The notes: generated by a model from the sequence alone, not told the origin. A stretch of 64,000 nucleotides of DNA from Candidatus Altiarchaeales archaeon (GCA_014727915.1 WJMO01000005.1:128001-192000); one strand, 5' to 3'; positions 10,265-19,668 are shown, counted from the first letter of the stretch. Translations and numbers: made by a program.

Positions 10265-11203
10265 ATGGCTAAGGTTGTTTCCATCGCATGGTTCCCCCGG
10301 TCTTATATACACCTATTCGAGACGTTCATAGGGTTGAAGAAGGTCAACCTGGAATTGGAAGACGTAAGATACTCTGATAGCCTGTCCTTTACCATAAAGA
10401 GCTACAAGGACATGCCGGACATAAGGTTCACCCAGGACTGGAGTGGACTCCACTATTTCACCGCCGAGTTTCCCGACGACGGTGTTGAGCGGTCGGCTGA
10501 CAGGTTCATGAAGGAGATGCAGATGCTCCTGGTGGAGAAGATACTCAGGGAATGCCATACCATGACCTACAAGCAGATTGTCGCTGACATAATGCCGTTG
10601 GACTTCCATAACATAGTACTGACGAACGGGACTGTTGAAACCGAAGGCTATCAGATGGTCGAGGCTGGCAGCTTGAAGGTCGCTCATAGGAAGGACGACG
10701 ACTACTACAGCGGGATGACAACGTATGTCATGGGCTCCGATGATGAAGCGCTGCTTAAGGTGCTGCTCTTCCACGCGTACACGGAGGTCGCATCCGACCT
10801 GATGTACAGCATGATAAAGGCCGTTACCAGGTTGTACCATGAGGCGGATTCCATAGTCTCGCAACTGGGCGCGTCAAAGGACATTGACTCTCTGAAGGAG
10901 CCCATGAAGGTGATGGACGAGATAATAAAGGAGTCCAGCGAACGCTATGGCAAGATGGAGCAGGTGCTCGTCAACTATGACCTCAAGGAGGAGGAGTATC
11001 TCTCGCTGGAATTGACCGACGAGGAGATGAAGCTCGCCGAGGCGCTTGGGATAGAGAAGGCATTTGACAAGATACAGTCTGATGGGATGTACATGGAGAT
11101 ACTCTGGAGTGACGTACTGGGAGACAGGCTGAAGAACATCGACTCAACATTGGACGCGCGGGTCATGATGCACACCACCTCCAAGAAAAAGGGCCTCTTC
11201 TAA
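10265..11203 (+). CDS. Hypothetical protein, alpha/beta N-terminus plus helical C-terminus
   Basis: 312-aa ORF with genomic codon bias, no TM helix, no motif recognised with confidence. Confidence 0.75.
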   Translation: MAKVVSIAWFPRSYIHLFETFIGLKKVNLELEDVRYSDSLSFTIKSYKDMPDIRFTQDWSGLHYFTAEFPDDGVERSADRFMKEMQMLLVEKILRECHTMTYKQIVADIMPLDFHNIVLTNGTVETEGYQMVEAGSLKVAHRKDDDYYSGMTTYVMGSDDEALLKVLLFHAYTEVASDLMYSMIKAVTRLYHEADSIVSQLGASKDIDSLKEPMKVMDEIIKESSERYGKMEQVLVNYDLKEEEYLSLELTDEEMKLAEALGIEKAFDKIQSDGMYMEILWSDVLGDRLKNIDSTLDARVMMHTTSKKKGLF

Positions 11204-11256
11204 CTATTCGGAAAAAATTCGAAAATATTGTGAAAAAGATTTAAATAGTTCATAAA

Positions 11257-11404
11257 ATGTTGACTAAGCGTGTAATTCCCTGTTTGGGCTGCGAGTCGGA
11301 GTTTGCCGACGTCAAACGGCGTGTTCGGTCTGCGGCCGAACACACCTTAGCTTGGAGGTTGCAGGGATGTTGACTAAGCGTGTAATTCCCTGTTTGGACT
11401 GCGA
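11257..11404 (+). repeat. 38-bp direct repeat of the hisF 5' end flanking a 72-bp palindromic spacer
   Basis: atgttgactaagcgtgtaattccctgtttgg(g/a)ctgcga at 11257-11294 and 11367-11404, one mismatch. Confidence 0.95.
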
Positions 11405-12143
11405 CCTCACAGTCCCCGAGGGGCGGGTCGTTAAGGGCGTCAAGTTCAAGCAGATACGTTATGCAGGAGAACCGGCTGAACTTGCTGCACAGTACAGCAG
11501 GGAAGGTGCGGATGAGATAGTATTCCTCGACATAACCGCATCACATGAGCGGCGGGAGACTATGATCCATGTCATCGAGAAGACCAGCGAGGAGGTGTTC
11601 ATGCCCCTCACAGTGGGTGGGGGAATCAAGACAACAGAGGACGTTCAGAAGATACTGAAGGCAGGCGCGGACAAGATAACCGTTAACACGACCGCCATCA
11701 AGAACCCAGACTTCGTGCGGGAGGCGTCCCGGAAGTTCGGTAGCCAGTGCATCGTCATAGCCATCGACAGCAAACGCACTGGGAACACGCCCAGCGGCCA
11801 TGAGTGCTCCATATACGGCGGCCGGGAGATGACAGGCGTCGACACCCTCGAATGGGCGCGTAAGGTGGAAGAACTCGGCGCCGGCGAGATAATGCTAACA
11901 TCCATGGACCGGGACGGCACCAAGGAAGGATTCGACCTGGAACTGACCCGGCTGATATCCGAGTCTCTTACCATACCCGTTATCGCATCCGGAGGCGTCG
12001 GCGAGCCCAGGCACATGGTCGAAGCCTTCACAGAAGGCAAGGCCGACGCAGCCCTCGCCGCAAGCATATTCCACTTCAAAGAATACCCCATACCCGTTGT
12101 CAAGAAGTATATGCAGGACCATGGATTGCCCGTGAGATTCTAG
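11367..12143 (+). CDS. hisF: Imidazole glycerol phosphate synthase cyclase subunit
   Basis: [58 protein letters not shown]; GGAGG SD at 11354. Confidence 0.97.
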   Translation: MLTKRVIPCLDCDLTVPEGRVVKGVKFKQIRYAGEPAELAAQYSREGADEIVFLDITASHERRETMIHVIEKTSEEVFMPLTVGGGIKTTEDVQKILKAGADKITVNTTAIKNPDFVREASRKFGSQCIVIAIDSKRTGNTPSGHECSIYGGREMTGVDTLEWARKVEELGAGEIMLTSMDRDGTKEGFDLELTRLISESLTIPVIASGGVGEPRHMVEAFTEGKADAALAASIFHFKEYPIPVVKKYMQDHGLPVRF

Positions 12144-12147
12144 GAAA

Positions 12148-14412
12148 TCAACTGTTGGGAATCTCGAATGGCGGCTGCTCGTGGAAGCTCTTCAACTCTC
12201 CCAGGAACGGCAGTTCGGCCTTCCACAAATCCTCCAGCTCCCTCTGGTTGCTTGCCTCGCAGGACCTCTTCAAAAGCTCGTCTTCTCCAAGCTTGTCCCA
12301 GGGCACCATATTAGTCCCGGCGATTATGTCCTTGGCCTGCGGTATCAGCCCAGCCCTGCCGCTCAACTCCCTTATCCCCAGCCGGCTGGCTATGCACGCG
12401 CCAACAGGGTTCAAAGCCCATTCACCGCACATGCCCACCTCGGTCACGTCATTTTCGCCGAGTATCGCCTGGGACCTGATCAGCAGGGGTATTATCCCCG
12501 GGTGGACGACGGGGAAGTCAGGGTGAGTCCTAGGTATCGCCAGCTCATGGGATATCAGGTCGTTGGTCCCGTAGCTGAAGAACTCGGCCAAGTCCACGAA
12601 CTTTCGCAGGTTCCTTATGCACTCCGGGGTCTCGACCATGATGCCAATCTGGGGGGTTGAAACCCCTATCGATGTCGCCACCTCCTCCACCCTCCTCCTG
12701 TACTCTATGAAATCGTCCGGGTTCTGGGCCATGGGCAGCATGAGCCTTACGTTGGTCTTGCCGGTCCTGTTCACCCTATCCGCTGCTTTTAGGAAGCCTG
12801 TCAACGCGCTCTCGTGCAACTCTGGGATGTCCCTTAGGAAGTCCCACCCACCCTGGTAGTGTCCGTATCTGAGATTCGGGTAAAGGACCTTCAGGACTTC
12901 CCCCGGCTTGTCACGGCTTCCCAGGTCCAGGTCGCGGAACGTGACCTGGCGCCCGCCCAGGTTCTCGACAACCCTGCTCACATGGGAGGCCATCTCCCTC
13001 TCGTTCACCCGGCAGAACTCGTCCAGGCTCATATCCCTCAGCTCCTCCTCCGGTATAGACCCAAGTATCCTAAACTGCTTTCCCTCTAGCCTTGCCAGCC
13101 CTATAACAGTAGCTCCCATGTTACTGGCTGACTTAGCCTGGTTTGCGAAGTCCACGTTGGCTCCTATGAAAACGCGATTCTGGTCCTGCGTGTATGCTGG
13201 CTTGTCCCTGTTGGCCAGGCGTCGCTCCTCCTGGTCAGCGTAGAACTGCCTCTTCCTCTCATAGTATCCCAGTGTCACTTCGTCCGGGTTGAACACCACC
13301 ATCCCGTCAGCCTCGTCTATTATGACCCCTGAAACCCCAGTCCTTAGCCTAACGTTTGGCAGTTCTTTCACTCCCATCGCGGTGGGCGTGTTCTGGGCGA
13401 AGATGCACGTGTGGTCTCCAAGCCCCCCATGTTGGAACACCAATCCTGCGACTCCCGCCTCCAGGATCTGGGTTTCGATGGTGGGCGGCAGAGTCGGAGC
13501 GCAGATTATCGGATTTGGATAGTCTGCCTTCACCCAGTCTGCGAACACGTCATTCTCGCCTTTACGGGTTTCTTCTGGCGTTCCCTTCCTCCTCTCCTGG
13601 GGTATCCGCTGGTGTGCGAGCAGATTGGCTGCGTTGGACAGTTCAACGTTAGTGCGCGAGGCTTCCGACCTCTCACCGGGTTGGCTGTCCCTGTCCCCCT
13701 CAATGTGCTGGAATATGATGGAGTATGCCTGCGCTACCTCGTCGACAGCCCATTCAGCGTTTATCCTCTGGGTGGCTATCAAGTCCACTGCCGGTATCAC
13801 AGATACCTGGACTGTTTCAGGGAGGCCTTCAACCCTTTCAAGATCTGCCAGCCCTACCTTGCTACCGTCTTCCATGTTCACCGACATCAAAGCCACCAGG
13901 TTCTCAGATGCCTGGCAGAGCCTTGGCAGCGAGTCTCGCCTTACAGGTATGCTGGACGTGTTTGGCTTGGCCACTGGTGAGGGCGGCTTGTCCTTATCAA
14001 CCTTCTGTAGGACCCTGTCCTCTCCGAATATTATCCTCTTGGCCTGGGAGTCATACAGGGTTTGCATAAAAGAGAACGGAGGGTTCCGTACCATATCGTC
14101 TCCTATCCTATACAATAGATCGGCTTCGGCGACTGCCCCCGCCTCAGTCTCAATCCTCCTCTTCGGTACAAGGTGCCCTGGGTCGAGGACGTGCGCGGTT
14201 CCGATGGTGATCCGGGGCATGCTGGTTGTCGTAGCCTTTGCCACGACCATCCGCAGCGTCTCCGTCTTTCCCGATTCAGGCTGCGCTCCCAGGACGCCCT
14301 GCCCTGCCACCTCATGGTCCAACCCCTCCTTGCCGGGTATCGGCGGTTGTACCGGCTTCTGCGGCTTATGAGGTTGCTTTATCGGCCCCTTGTCCTGGTC
14401 GTTTTCAGCCAT
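12148..14412 (-). CDS. Divergent PTS Enzyme I (PEP-protein phosphotransferase)-like protein with Pro/Lys-rich N-terminal extension
   Basis: Phospho-His motif GGLGDHTCIFA, GLARLE, TFRDLD, LMLPM, GIMVETP, FFSYGTNDL, VGMCGE. Confidence 0.85.
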   Translation of the reverse strand: MAENDQDKGPIKQPHKPQKPVQPPIPGKEGLDHEVAGQGVLGAQPESGKTETLRMVVAKATTTSMPRITIGTAHVLDPGHLVPKRRIETEAGAVAEADLLYRIGDDMVRNPPFSFMQTLYDSQAKRIIFGEDRVLQKVDKDKPPSPVAKPNTSSIPVRRDSLPRLCQASENLVALMSVNMEDGSKVGLADLERVEGLPETVQVSVIPAVDLIATQRINAEWAVDEVAQAYSIIFQHIEGDRDSQPGERSEASRTNVELSNAANLLAHQRIPQERRKGTPEETRKGENDVFADWVKADYPNPIICAPTLPPTIETQILEAGVAGLVFQHGGLGDHTCIFAQNTPTAMGVKELPNVRLRTGVSGVIIDEADGMVVFNPDEVTLGYYERKRQFYADQEERRLANRDKPAYTQDQNRVFIGANVDFANQAKSASNMGATVIGLARLEGKQFRILGSIPEEELRDMSLDEFCRVNEREMASHVSRVVENLGGRQVTFRDLDLGSRDKPGEVLKVLYPNLRYGHYQGGWDFLRDIPELHESALTGFLKAADRVNRTGKTNVRLMLPMAQNPDDFIEYRRRVEEVATSIGVSTPQIGIMVETPECIRNLRKFVDLAEFFSYGTNDLISHELAIPRTHPDFPVVHPGIIPLLIRSQAILGENDVTEVGMCGEWALNPVGACIASRLGIRELSGRAGLIPQAKDIIAGTNMVPWDKLGEDELLKRSCEASNQRELEDLWKAELPFLGELKSFHEQPPFEIPNS

Positions 14413-14447
14413 AAATGATATAGACTAGGAATCTTTAGGAAAAAAAT

Positions 14448-14466
14448 AGCATAAAAAGAGCTTTTA
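14448..14466 (-). promoter_or_regulatory. BRE-TATA-like promoter of the Enzyme I-like gene
   Basis: Minus strand aaaagctctttttatgc, nearly the same as aaaaggtctctttttatatgc upstream of the Kazal gene (9113-9133). Confidence 0.5.
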
Positions 14467-14542
14467 GGGTGGGATTTCACCATCGCATAACACTTGTTTG
14501 ACGGTTTGGATAGAGTGTGCCCTGATTTTTCACCCCCTCCCC

Positions 14543-16246
14543 CTATTTTTCTGTTACGTGCTCCCTCTCTATCATCTTGTGGAGCTGTCCCGTTGCTGGT
14601 ACCATGGGGAGGATGTGCTCGTCTGGGTCGACTAGTATGTCCAGGACGTAGGTTTCTCCGCTTTCCATCGCCAGCTTCAGCGCGTCGTGTATTTCGCCAG
14701 GCTTGTCTATCCTCAATCCCTTGGCTCCGTAGGCTTCCGCCAACTTCACGAAATCCGGGATATCCCCTAGGTATGTGTGCGATCTCCGCTTGTCGTAGAA
14801 GAGGTCCTGCCACTGTTTGACCATGCCGAGGTACTGGTTCTTCATGAGTATGACCGTTACGGGTATGTCCTCTACGACACAGGTCGCCAGGTCCTGGCTT
14901 GTCATCATGAAACTGCCCTCTGACCCGACGTCAACGACCTTATGGTCTGGTTTCGCGACTTTCGCGCCTATGGCGTATGGGAACCCCGCTCCCATAGTGC
15001 CCAATCCTCCTGAGCTGATGAACTGCCGCGGGTTCTTGATCTGCAGGTAGTGTGCTGCGAACATCTGGCACTGCCCGACCTCGGTAGTGATGATGGTCTT
15101 CTTGTCCAAGAGGGTGTTGAGCTCCTTCATGACCCTCTGCTGTTTTATGGGCACGTCGTCGTAGTCCCACTTTGAAAAGTGCTCTTTCTTGTATTCTTCG
15201 ACTTTTCTGTGCCATTCGGTGCCGCCTTTCCTCTTCTTCCTCCCGATCAGGGACAGCATGTTCTTCAACACCAGCCGTGCGTCCCCGACTATCGGCAGGT
15301 CGACGTCCACGTTCTTCCCTATCTCCGCGCTGTCCAGGTCAACGTGTATGACCCTTGAGTTGGGAGCGAAGTAGTTGACGTCGCAGGTGACCCTGTCGCT
15401 GAACCTGACCCCCACCGCGAACACCAGGTCAGAGTCGGTGATGAGGAGGTTGGCCTGTTTGGTCCCGTGCATACCCCACATGCCAAGCGATAGTGGCTTG
15501 TCCTCTGGGTAGCAGCCTTTGCCCATGAGCGTCGTCGCGACCGGTATCGTTAGCGAGTCCGCCAGCTTCCTGAGCTCGTTGCTCGCCCCCGCCAGTATGA
15601 CGCCCCCTCCTGCCAGTATGACCGGCCGTTCGGCGTCCATCAGCATCTGAACGGCTTTTTTCAGCTGGACGGGGTGTCCGCCGCTCCTCTTCTCCTTGTA
15701 CCCGGGCAGGTCAGCGTCCTTCGGGTATGTGAACCTCTTTAGTTTAGCCTGTTGGACGTCTTTGGGCAGGTCTATGAGCACCGGCCCCGGCCTCCTGGTG
15801 GCTGCTATCTTGAACGCGGCCCTGAAGGTCTTGGGGATGTCCTCAACGTCGGTCACCTGGAAGTTGTGCTTGGTGATTGGCATTGTGATGCCCATCATGT
15901 CAGCCTCCTGGAAGGCGTCATTCCCTATCTGACAGGTTGGCACCTGCCCGGTCAAAGCGACAATGGGTGTTGAGTCACAGTATGCGTCCGCTATCCCGGT
16001 CACGAGGTTCGTGGCTCCCGGGCCGGATGTGGCCATGCAGACGCCAACATCCCCTGAGGCCCTGGCGTAGCCTTCGGCTGCGTGTGCCGCGCACTGCTCG
16101 TGCCTCATCAGAATATGCCTCAGGTCCTCCCTGTCAATCTGATGGAGGATGTCGTAGACTTCCATTATGGAGCCTCCGAGTATGCCGAATATGTGCTTCA
16201 CACCCTCCGCCTGCAAGGATCTGACGATCGCCTCCGAACCCTTCAT
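14543..16246 (-). CDS. ilvB: Acetolactate synthase large (catalytic) subunit
   Basis: RHEQCAAHAAEGYAR, TSGPGATN, IGNDAFQE, SGGLGTMG, TPP motif GSEGSF..N..LGMVKQWQ. Confidence 0.96.
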   Translation of the reverse strand: MKGSEAIVRSLQAEGVKHIFGILGGSIMEVYDILHQIDREDLRHILMRHEQCAAHAAEGYARASGDVGVCMATSGPGATNLVTGIADAYCDSTPIVALTGQVPTCQIGNDAFQEADMMGITMPITKHNFQVTDVEDIPKTFRAAFKIAATRRPGPVLIDLPKDVQQAKLKRFTYPKDADLPGYKEKRSGGHPVQLKKAVQMLMDAERPVILAGGGVILAGASNELRKLADSLTIPVATTLMGKGCYPEDKPLSLGMWGMHGTKQANLLITDSDLVFAVGVRFSDRVTCDVNYFAPNSRVIHVDLDSAEIGKNVDVDLPIVGDARLVLKNMLSLIGRKKRKGGTEWHRKVEEYKKEHFSKWDYDDVPIKQQRVMKELNTLLDKKTIITTEVGQCQMFAAHYLQIKNPRQFISSGGLGTMGAGFPYAIGAKVAKPDHKVVDVGSEGSFMMTSQDLATCVVEDIPVTVILMKNQYLGMVKQWQDLFYDKRRSHTYLGDIPDFVKLAEAYGAKGLRIDKPGEIHDALKLAMESGETYVLDILVDPDEHILPMVPATGQLHKMIEREHVTEK

Positions 16247-16250
16247 TTTG

Positions 16251-16341
16251 CCCTCATACGTTCTGAAACCACGCCCTTTAAGGGGTTGATGGTTTCATAT
16301 TCATTGAATTCGCGGTTTCAGACGTATCAAACCAGTGGTTT
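16251..16341 (-). promoter_or_regulatory. Structured 5' leader/operator region of ilvB
   Basis: 17-bp stem between 16311-16327 and 16256-16273 (one G-U, one bulge on ilvB strand), competing tgaaacca arm at 16290-16297, palindrome aaacca-g-tggttt at 16329-16341. Confidence 0.55.
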
Positions 16342-16416
16342 AAGCCGATGGTACTGATATATACGGAAAACCGCAAAATATATAGTAATTCGCAACAGGA
16401 CTTAATAAAAGATAAG

Positions 16417-17568
16417 ATGAAAGGCTCGACTAAAAGCGGTTCAGGCCCTTCTGAAGGCCTTAGGGATTATGTTCTCGCGGCTCTTTCGAAGATTGGCCTC
16501 TCGGTCTCGTCGGTTGAGGTCCGGGGGGAGCATGAGGTCAGGGTATTCGCCCGCACCGAGCATAAGGCTGTTGACAACAGTGTCTTCGTGGAGGCGCGGA
16601 AGCAGAAGAGGAGGGTCGGCCGCCACGAGATCGAGAAGCTCAAGGAGTGGATGGACGATGAGAACAGCGACTCGGGGGTTTTCATATCCCTGTCCGGCTT
16701 CACTGACGAGGCATACGAGTACGCTTCAGAAAGGGGCATAAGAGCGTTCACCCCTGAGGATTTGGACGGTTTCGGTTCCGAAAGGCATGTCAGCCCAGAA
16801 CACCACATATATGCGAAGGTGTTTGAGGAGGCTGTGGACTTGGTGGGGGCTACCAACTACTTCAACGCCCGCAGGCGCAAGTCACTATTCGGTCTTGGAG
16901 GATATGTCGAGGATATAGATTTCGTGGAAGGACGATATGCTCCTGTCGGGGTTTTCGAGCTGAAGAGGAAGGCGGACCCGCGTCAGCATCCGACGCCCAA
17001 CACGACTGTCGGAGGCGAGAACACGTTCTTCATAAACCTCACATCCTGCGAGATATACTATCTGTACCTTGGGGTGGCTGGCCGGGGTGCGCGCCTCAAG
17101 GCGTCTAATGTTCTAAGGCGCATGATGGACCTGTCCGAGCCTGCTGTCCGTATCATTGGCGACATAGTGGGGGGTAAGGAACTTCTCTTCGAGGACATGG
17201 ACGTCGACCAGAAGCTTCTGATGCAGGAGGACCCGCATATGATGGCCTACGTGGAGAATCTGGGCCTGGTCTGGCGCAGAGACGATGGCAGGGGTTACCT
17301 GTCCAACATAGACCTTCCCCCATTCAACGACACCAGGTATAACCTCTACGATCACCTGGCTGTGAAGGAGTCTGTTGAGAGCAGGTGTCCAGCCGATGAG
17401 ATCGTCTACCCTCCATCTGGTCTTCTGCAGCTTCTGAAAGACTTCATGAAGTCGGACGGAGAGTTCCACGGCGTCATATACATGCCCTACTACTACTGCA
17501 GGTTCGTGGGGTCCAACGGAGCTTACCGTTATGAGACTTTGGATAACATAAGATTCAAAAATGGGTGA
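16417..17568 (+). CDS. Mrr-like (restriction endonuclease type IV fold) domain protein, paralogue A
   Basis: VFVEARK...VG..EIEKL...SGVFISLSGFTDEAYEYASERGI typical of Mrr_cat C-half; start placed at ATG 16417. Confidence 0.75.
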   Translation: MKGSTKSGSGPSEGLRDYVLAALSKIGLSVSSVEVRGEHEVRVFARTEHKAVDNSVFVEARKQKRRVGRHEIEKLKEWMDDENSDSGVFISLSGFTDEAYEYASERGIRAFTPEDLDGFGSERHVSPEHHIYAKVFEEAVDLVGATNYFNARRRKSLFGLGGYVEDIDFVEGRYAPVGVFELKRKADPRQHPTPNTTVGGENTFFINLTSCEIYYLYLGVAGRGARLKASNVLRRMMDLSEPAVRIIGDIVGGKELLFEDMDVDQKLLMQEDPHMMAYVENLGLVWRRDDGRGYLSNIDLPPFNDTRYNLYDHLAVKESVESRCPADEIVYPPSGLLQLLKDFMKSDGEFHGVIYMPYYYCRFVGSNGAYRYETLDNIRFKNG

Positions 17569-18961
17569 CGCAGAGACGATAGGCGACTTTCAGGAGGTAA
17601 TCAGGAAGTTCATCGAGAAGATGGGCTTTGAGGTCGAGTCCAGCGAGATGCTGGTTGATGGTAGCGTGGACTTCAAGGCCAAGACCAACAATCCCATGGG
17701 GGGTAGGGTTCTTTCGATAATACGCGCCTCCGCGTTCACACGGATGATCGGCGAATCAGACGTTGAATCCCTCGAGGAGGCTATGAGGCGGGCTGGTGCT
17801 GTGCGGGCTGCTTACATAACGACCTCAGGCTTCAGCGAGAGCGCTGTAGAATCTGCCAAGGGCAAGCCCATAAGCCTCATAAACAAGTACCAGCTTATGG
17901 ACAGCATCGAGAAGCGGGGTCTGGCAACGGACAAGGACCTTATGGAGTCCCTCGACCGATACGGGCTAGCTGAGAAGCACTTTCAGGGGATAGAGCAGTC
18001 TTTCACACCCTCAAAGAAGGACGAGGACGTCCGCGAGTTCTTCGAGTCTAAGAGGCGGAAGGACGAGAAGCTTGTGAAGGTCAGGCTGAGGTATGCGCCG
18101 GTGTCCGTGCTGAGGGTCGTGACCATGAAGGACGTCTGGACGTCGGACCAGACGCTCCGCAGCGTGGAGAAAAAGGACTATCTGTTCGTCAACCTGAACA
18201 ACCTGGAACTCTATTATCTCATGCAGAAAAGAAGGAAGAACAAGACAGAATATACCTTCATGAAATCGGACATAATTCGTAAGATACACGATCTTCCAGA
18301 ATATTCCAAGCAGCATCTTCTCGACCTGCTGGACCACGGCGACCTGCCGATCGAGGACTTGGAGGGCAAGGAGCTGTCCATATTGAAGAATAAGAAGGTC
18401 ATCGAGATATATGAGGGCAAGAGGACAGGCCCCAGCGAGTTCGTAGACTACCTTGAGATGGCATTGAACAGCATCTTGGAGACCATAAACATAATCATCA
18501 ACGAGGTGTTGATAGGATTGGCTTCCATGGGCGAGGGCTCGGAGTCTCCGGGAGTGAAGGAGGAGAAACCCCAGAAGAAGGTGTCGGCCCAGATAAACAT
18601 GCCCCACTTCCACGGGGGCATCTACGACATATGGAAGCATCTGCGCACTGAGGACGGTGTTCGCATGGACGCTGAGATGGACCCTCTGATATACTCCTCG
18701 AAGACTGTTGCCCTGATGTTAAAAAGCATATTCAACGCCACTGTGAAACCGCAGGGCCTAATCTTCATGCCATATCACAGGGCCAAGTATGTCGAACCGA
18801 AATCCAAAAAGGTCACGAAATATGAGATACTAATGGCTCCGAGGTTCAAGGAACCGTCGAAGGAGGAGCCCGGGGAGCCTAAGAAGAGGGAGGTCCGGGT
18901 TACTCCGAAGATCAAGGCCAGGAGGAAGCCCATTGCAGGCGAGTTCAAACTGATAAAATAA
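17561..18961 (+). CDS. Mrr-like domain protein, paralogue B
   Basis: FQEVIRKFIEKMGFEV...DGSVDFKA...AAYITTSGFSESA...ISLIN; overlaps stop of paralogue A. Confidence 0.78.
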   Translation: MGDAETIGDFQEVIRKFIEKMGFEVESSEMLVDGSVDFKAKTNNPMGGRVLSIIRASAFTRMIGESDVESLEEAMRRAGAVRAAYITTSGFSESAVESAKGKPISLINKYQLMDSIEKRGLATDKDLMESLDRYGLAEKHFQGIEQSFTPSKKDEDVREFFESKRRKDEKLVKVRLRYAPVSVLRVVTMKDVWTSDQTLRSVEKKDYLFVNLNNLELYYLMQKRRKNKTEYTFMKSDIIRKIHDLPEYSKQHLLDLLDHGDLPIEDLEGKELSILKNKKVIEIYEGKRTGPSEFVDYLEMALNSILETINIIINEVLIGLASMGEGSESPGVKEEKPQKKVSAQINMPHFHGGIYDIWKHLRTEDGVRMDAEMDPLIYSSKTVALMLKSIFNATVKPQGLIFMPYHRAKYVEPKSKKVTKYEILMAPRFKEPSKEEPGEPKKREVRVTPKIKARRKPIAGEFKLIK

Positions 18962-18992
18962 TACGCTCCTATGGAATAGAATATCCGGTTTC

Positions 18993-19631
18993 CTAGTCGC
19001 TTTCAGGCTCCTCGTATTCGTGCTCGTCCTTTTTAGGCCTTGTCTTGCCTGTAAAGTTGCCTCCGCGGTCTACTGTGCGAGTCGTCTCTTTTGGCGTGTG
19101 CTCCCCGCATACGTCATAGTATATGACCGTGGTCTCGGTTACCTGCTCCCTGCCCAGGCTTTCGAACTCAGCTTCCTCGGGCCGTACCAGAGTCGAATAC
19201 CTGCTGGGCTTCCAAACCTTGCCCGGTGGCTCTATCTCAACAACTCTGCTCTGCACCTGGGACAGCCTTGACACCATCGGCTTCTCACCGGAGAAGTTCC
19301 ATGAAACGTTGAACTCCATGCTCTCCCCCTCTTCAAGCTTGTGTATCATGTCACTCATCAGCCTGGGGTTGGCTTCGCCCTCCCTCAATATAACTGGTAT
19401 GTCCCTCTTTTCCCCGGCCATCAGAGCACGGGTCTTCTTGCTATCCCTCTCAGGGTCCTCTATGATCGCGAGATTCTCCTTTGAAAAAACTTGTTTTGGG
19501 GGGAACAGCTTAGCAACCTCGGCTTCGTCCATGCGGGCTATGTCAAAGGGCTTGGGTGTTGAGGATGGGGGGATTTGAACATGTGGTTTTTCGCTCCTCC
19601 TTAAAGCCCTCTCTAAGCCTTTGCTCTTCAT
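18993..19631 (-). CDS. Orphan protein with basic/Pro-rich N-terminus
   Basis: 212-aa ORF filling gap between genes; TTTATAAA about 30 nt upstream of ATG. Confidence 0.7.
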   Translation of the reverse strand: MKSKGLERALRRSEKPHVQIPPSSTPKPFDIARMDEAEVAKLFPPKQVFSKENLAIIEDPERDSKKTRALMAGEKRDIPVILREGEANPRLMSDMIHKLEEGESMEFNVSWNFSGEKPMVSRLSQVQSRVVEIEPPGKVWKPSRYSTLVRPEEAEFESLGREQVTETTVIYYDVCGEHTPKETTRTVDRGGNFTGKTRPKKDEHEYEEPESD

Positions 19632-19668
19632 GCGTTAATATCTGGGAAGAAACCGTTTATAAACAGAT

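Noticed and set aside
8618-11404. Diversity-generating retroelement TR/VR pair (Kazal repeat or hisF repeat)
   Set aside because: Repeats are only 38-45 bp with single mismatches, and no reverse transcriptase is present in the window.
16247-16341. TPP riboswitch upstream of the TPP-dependent ilvB
   Set aside because: Lacks the CUGAGA and ACCUGA...GCGNAGG consensus elements.
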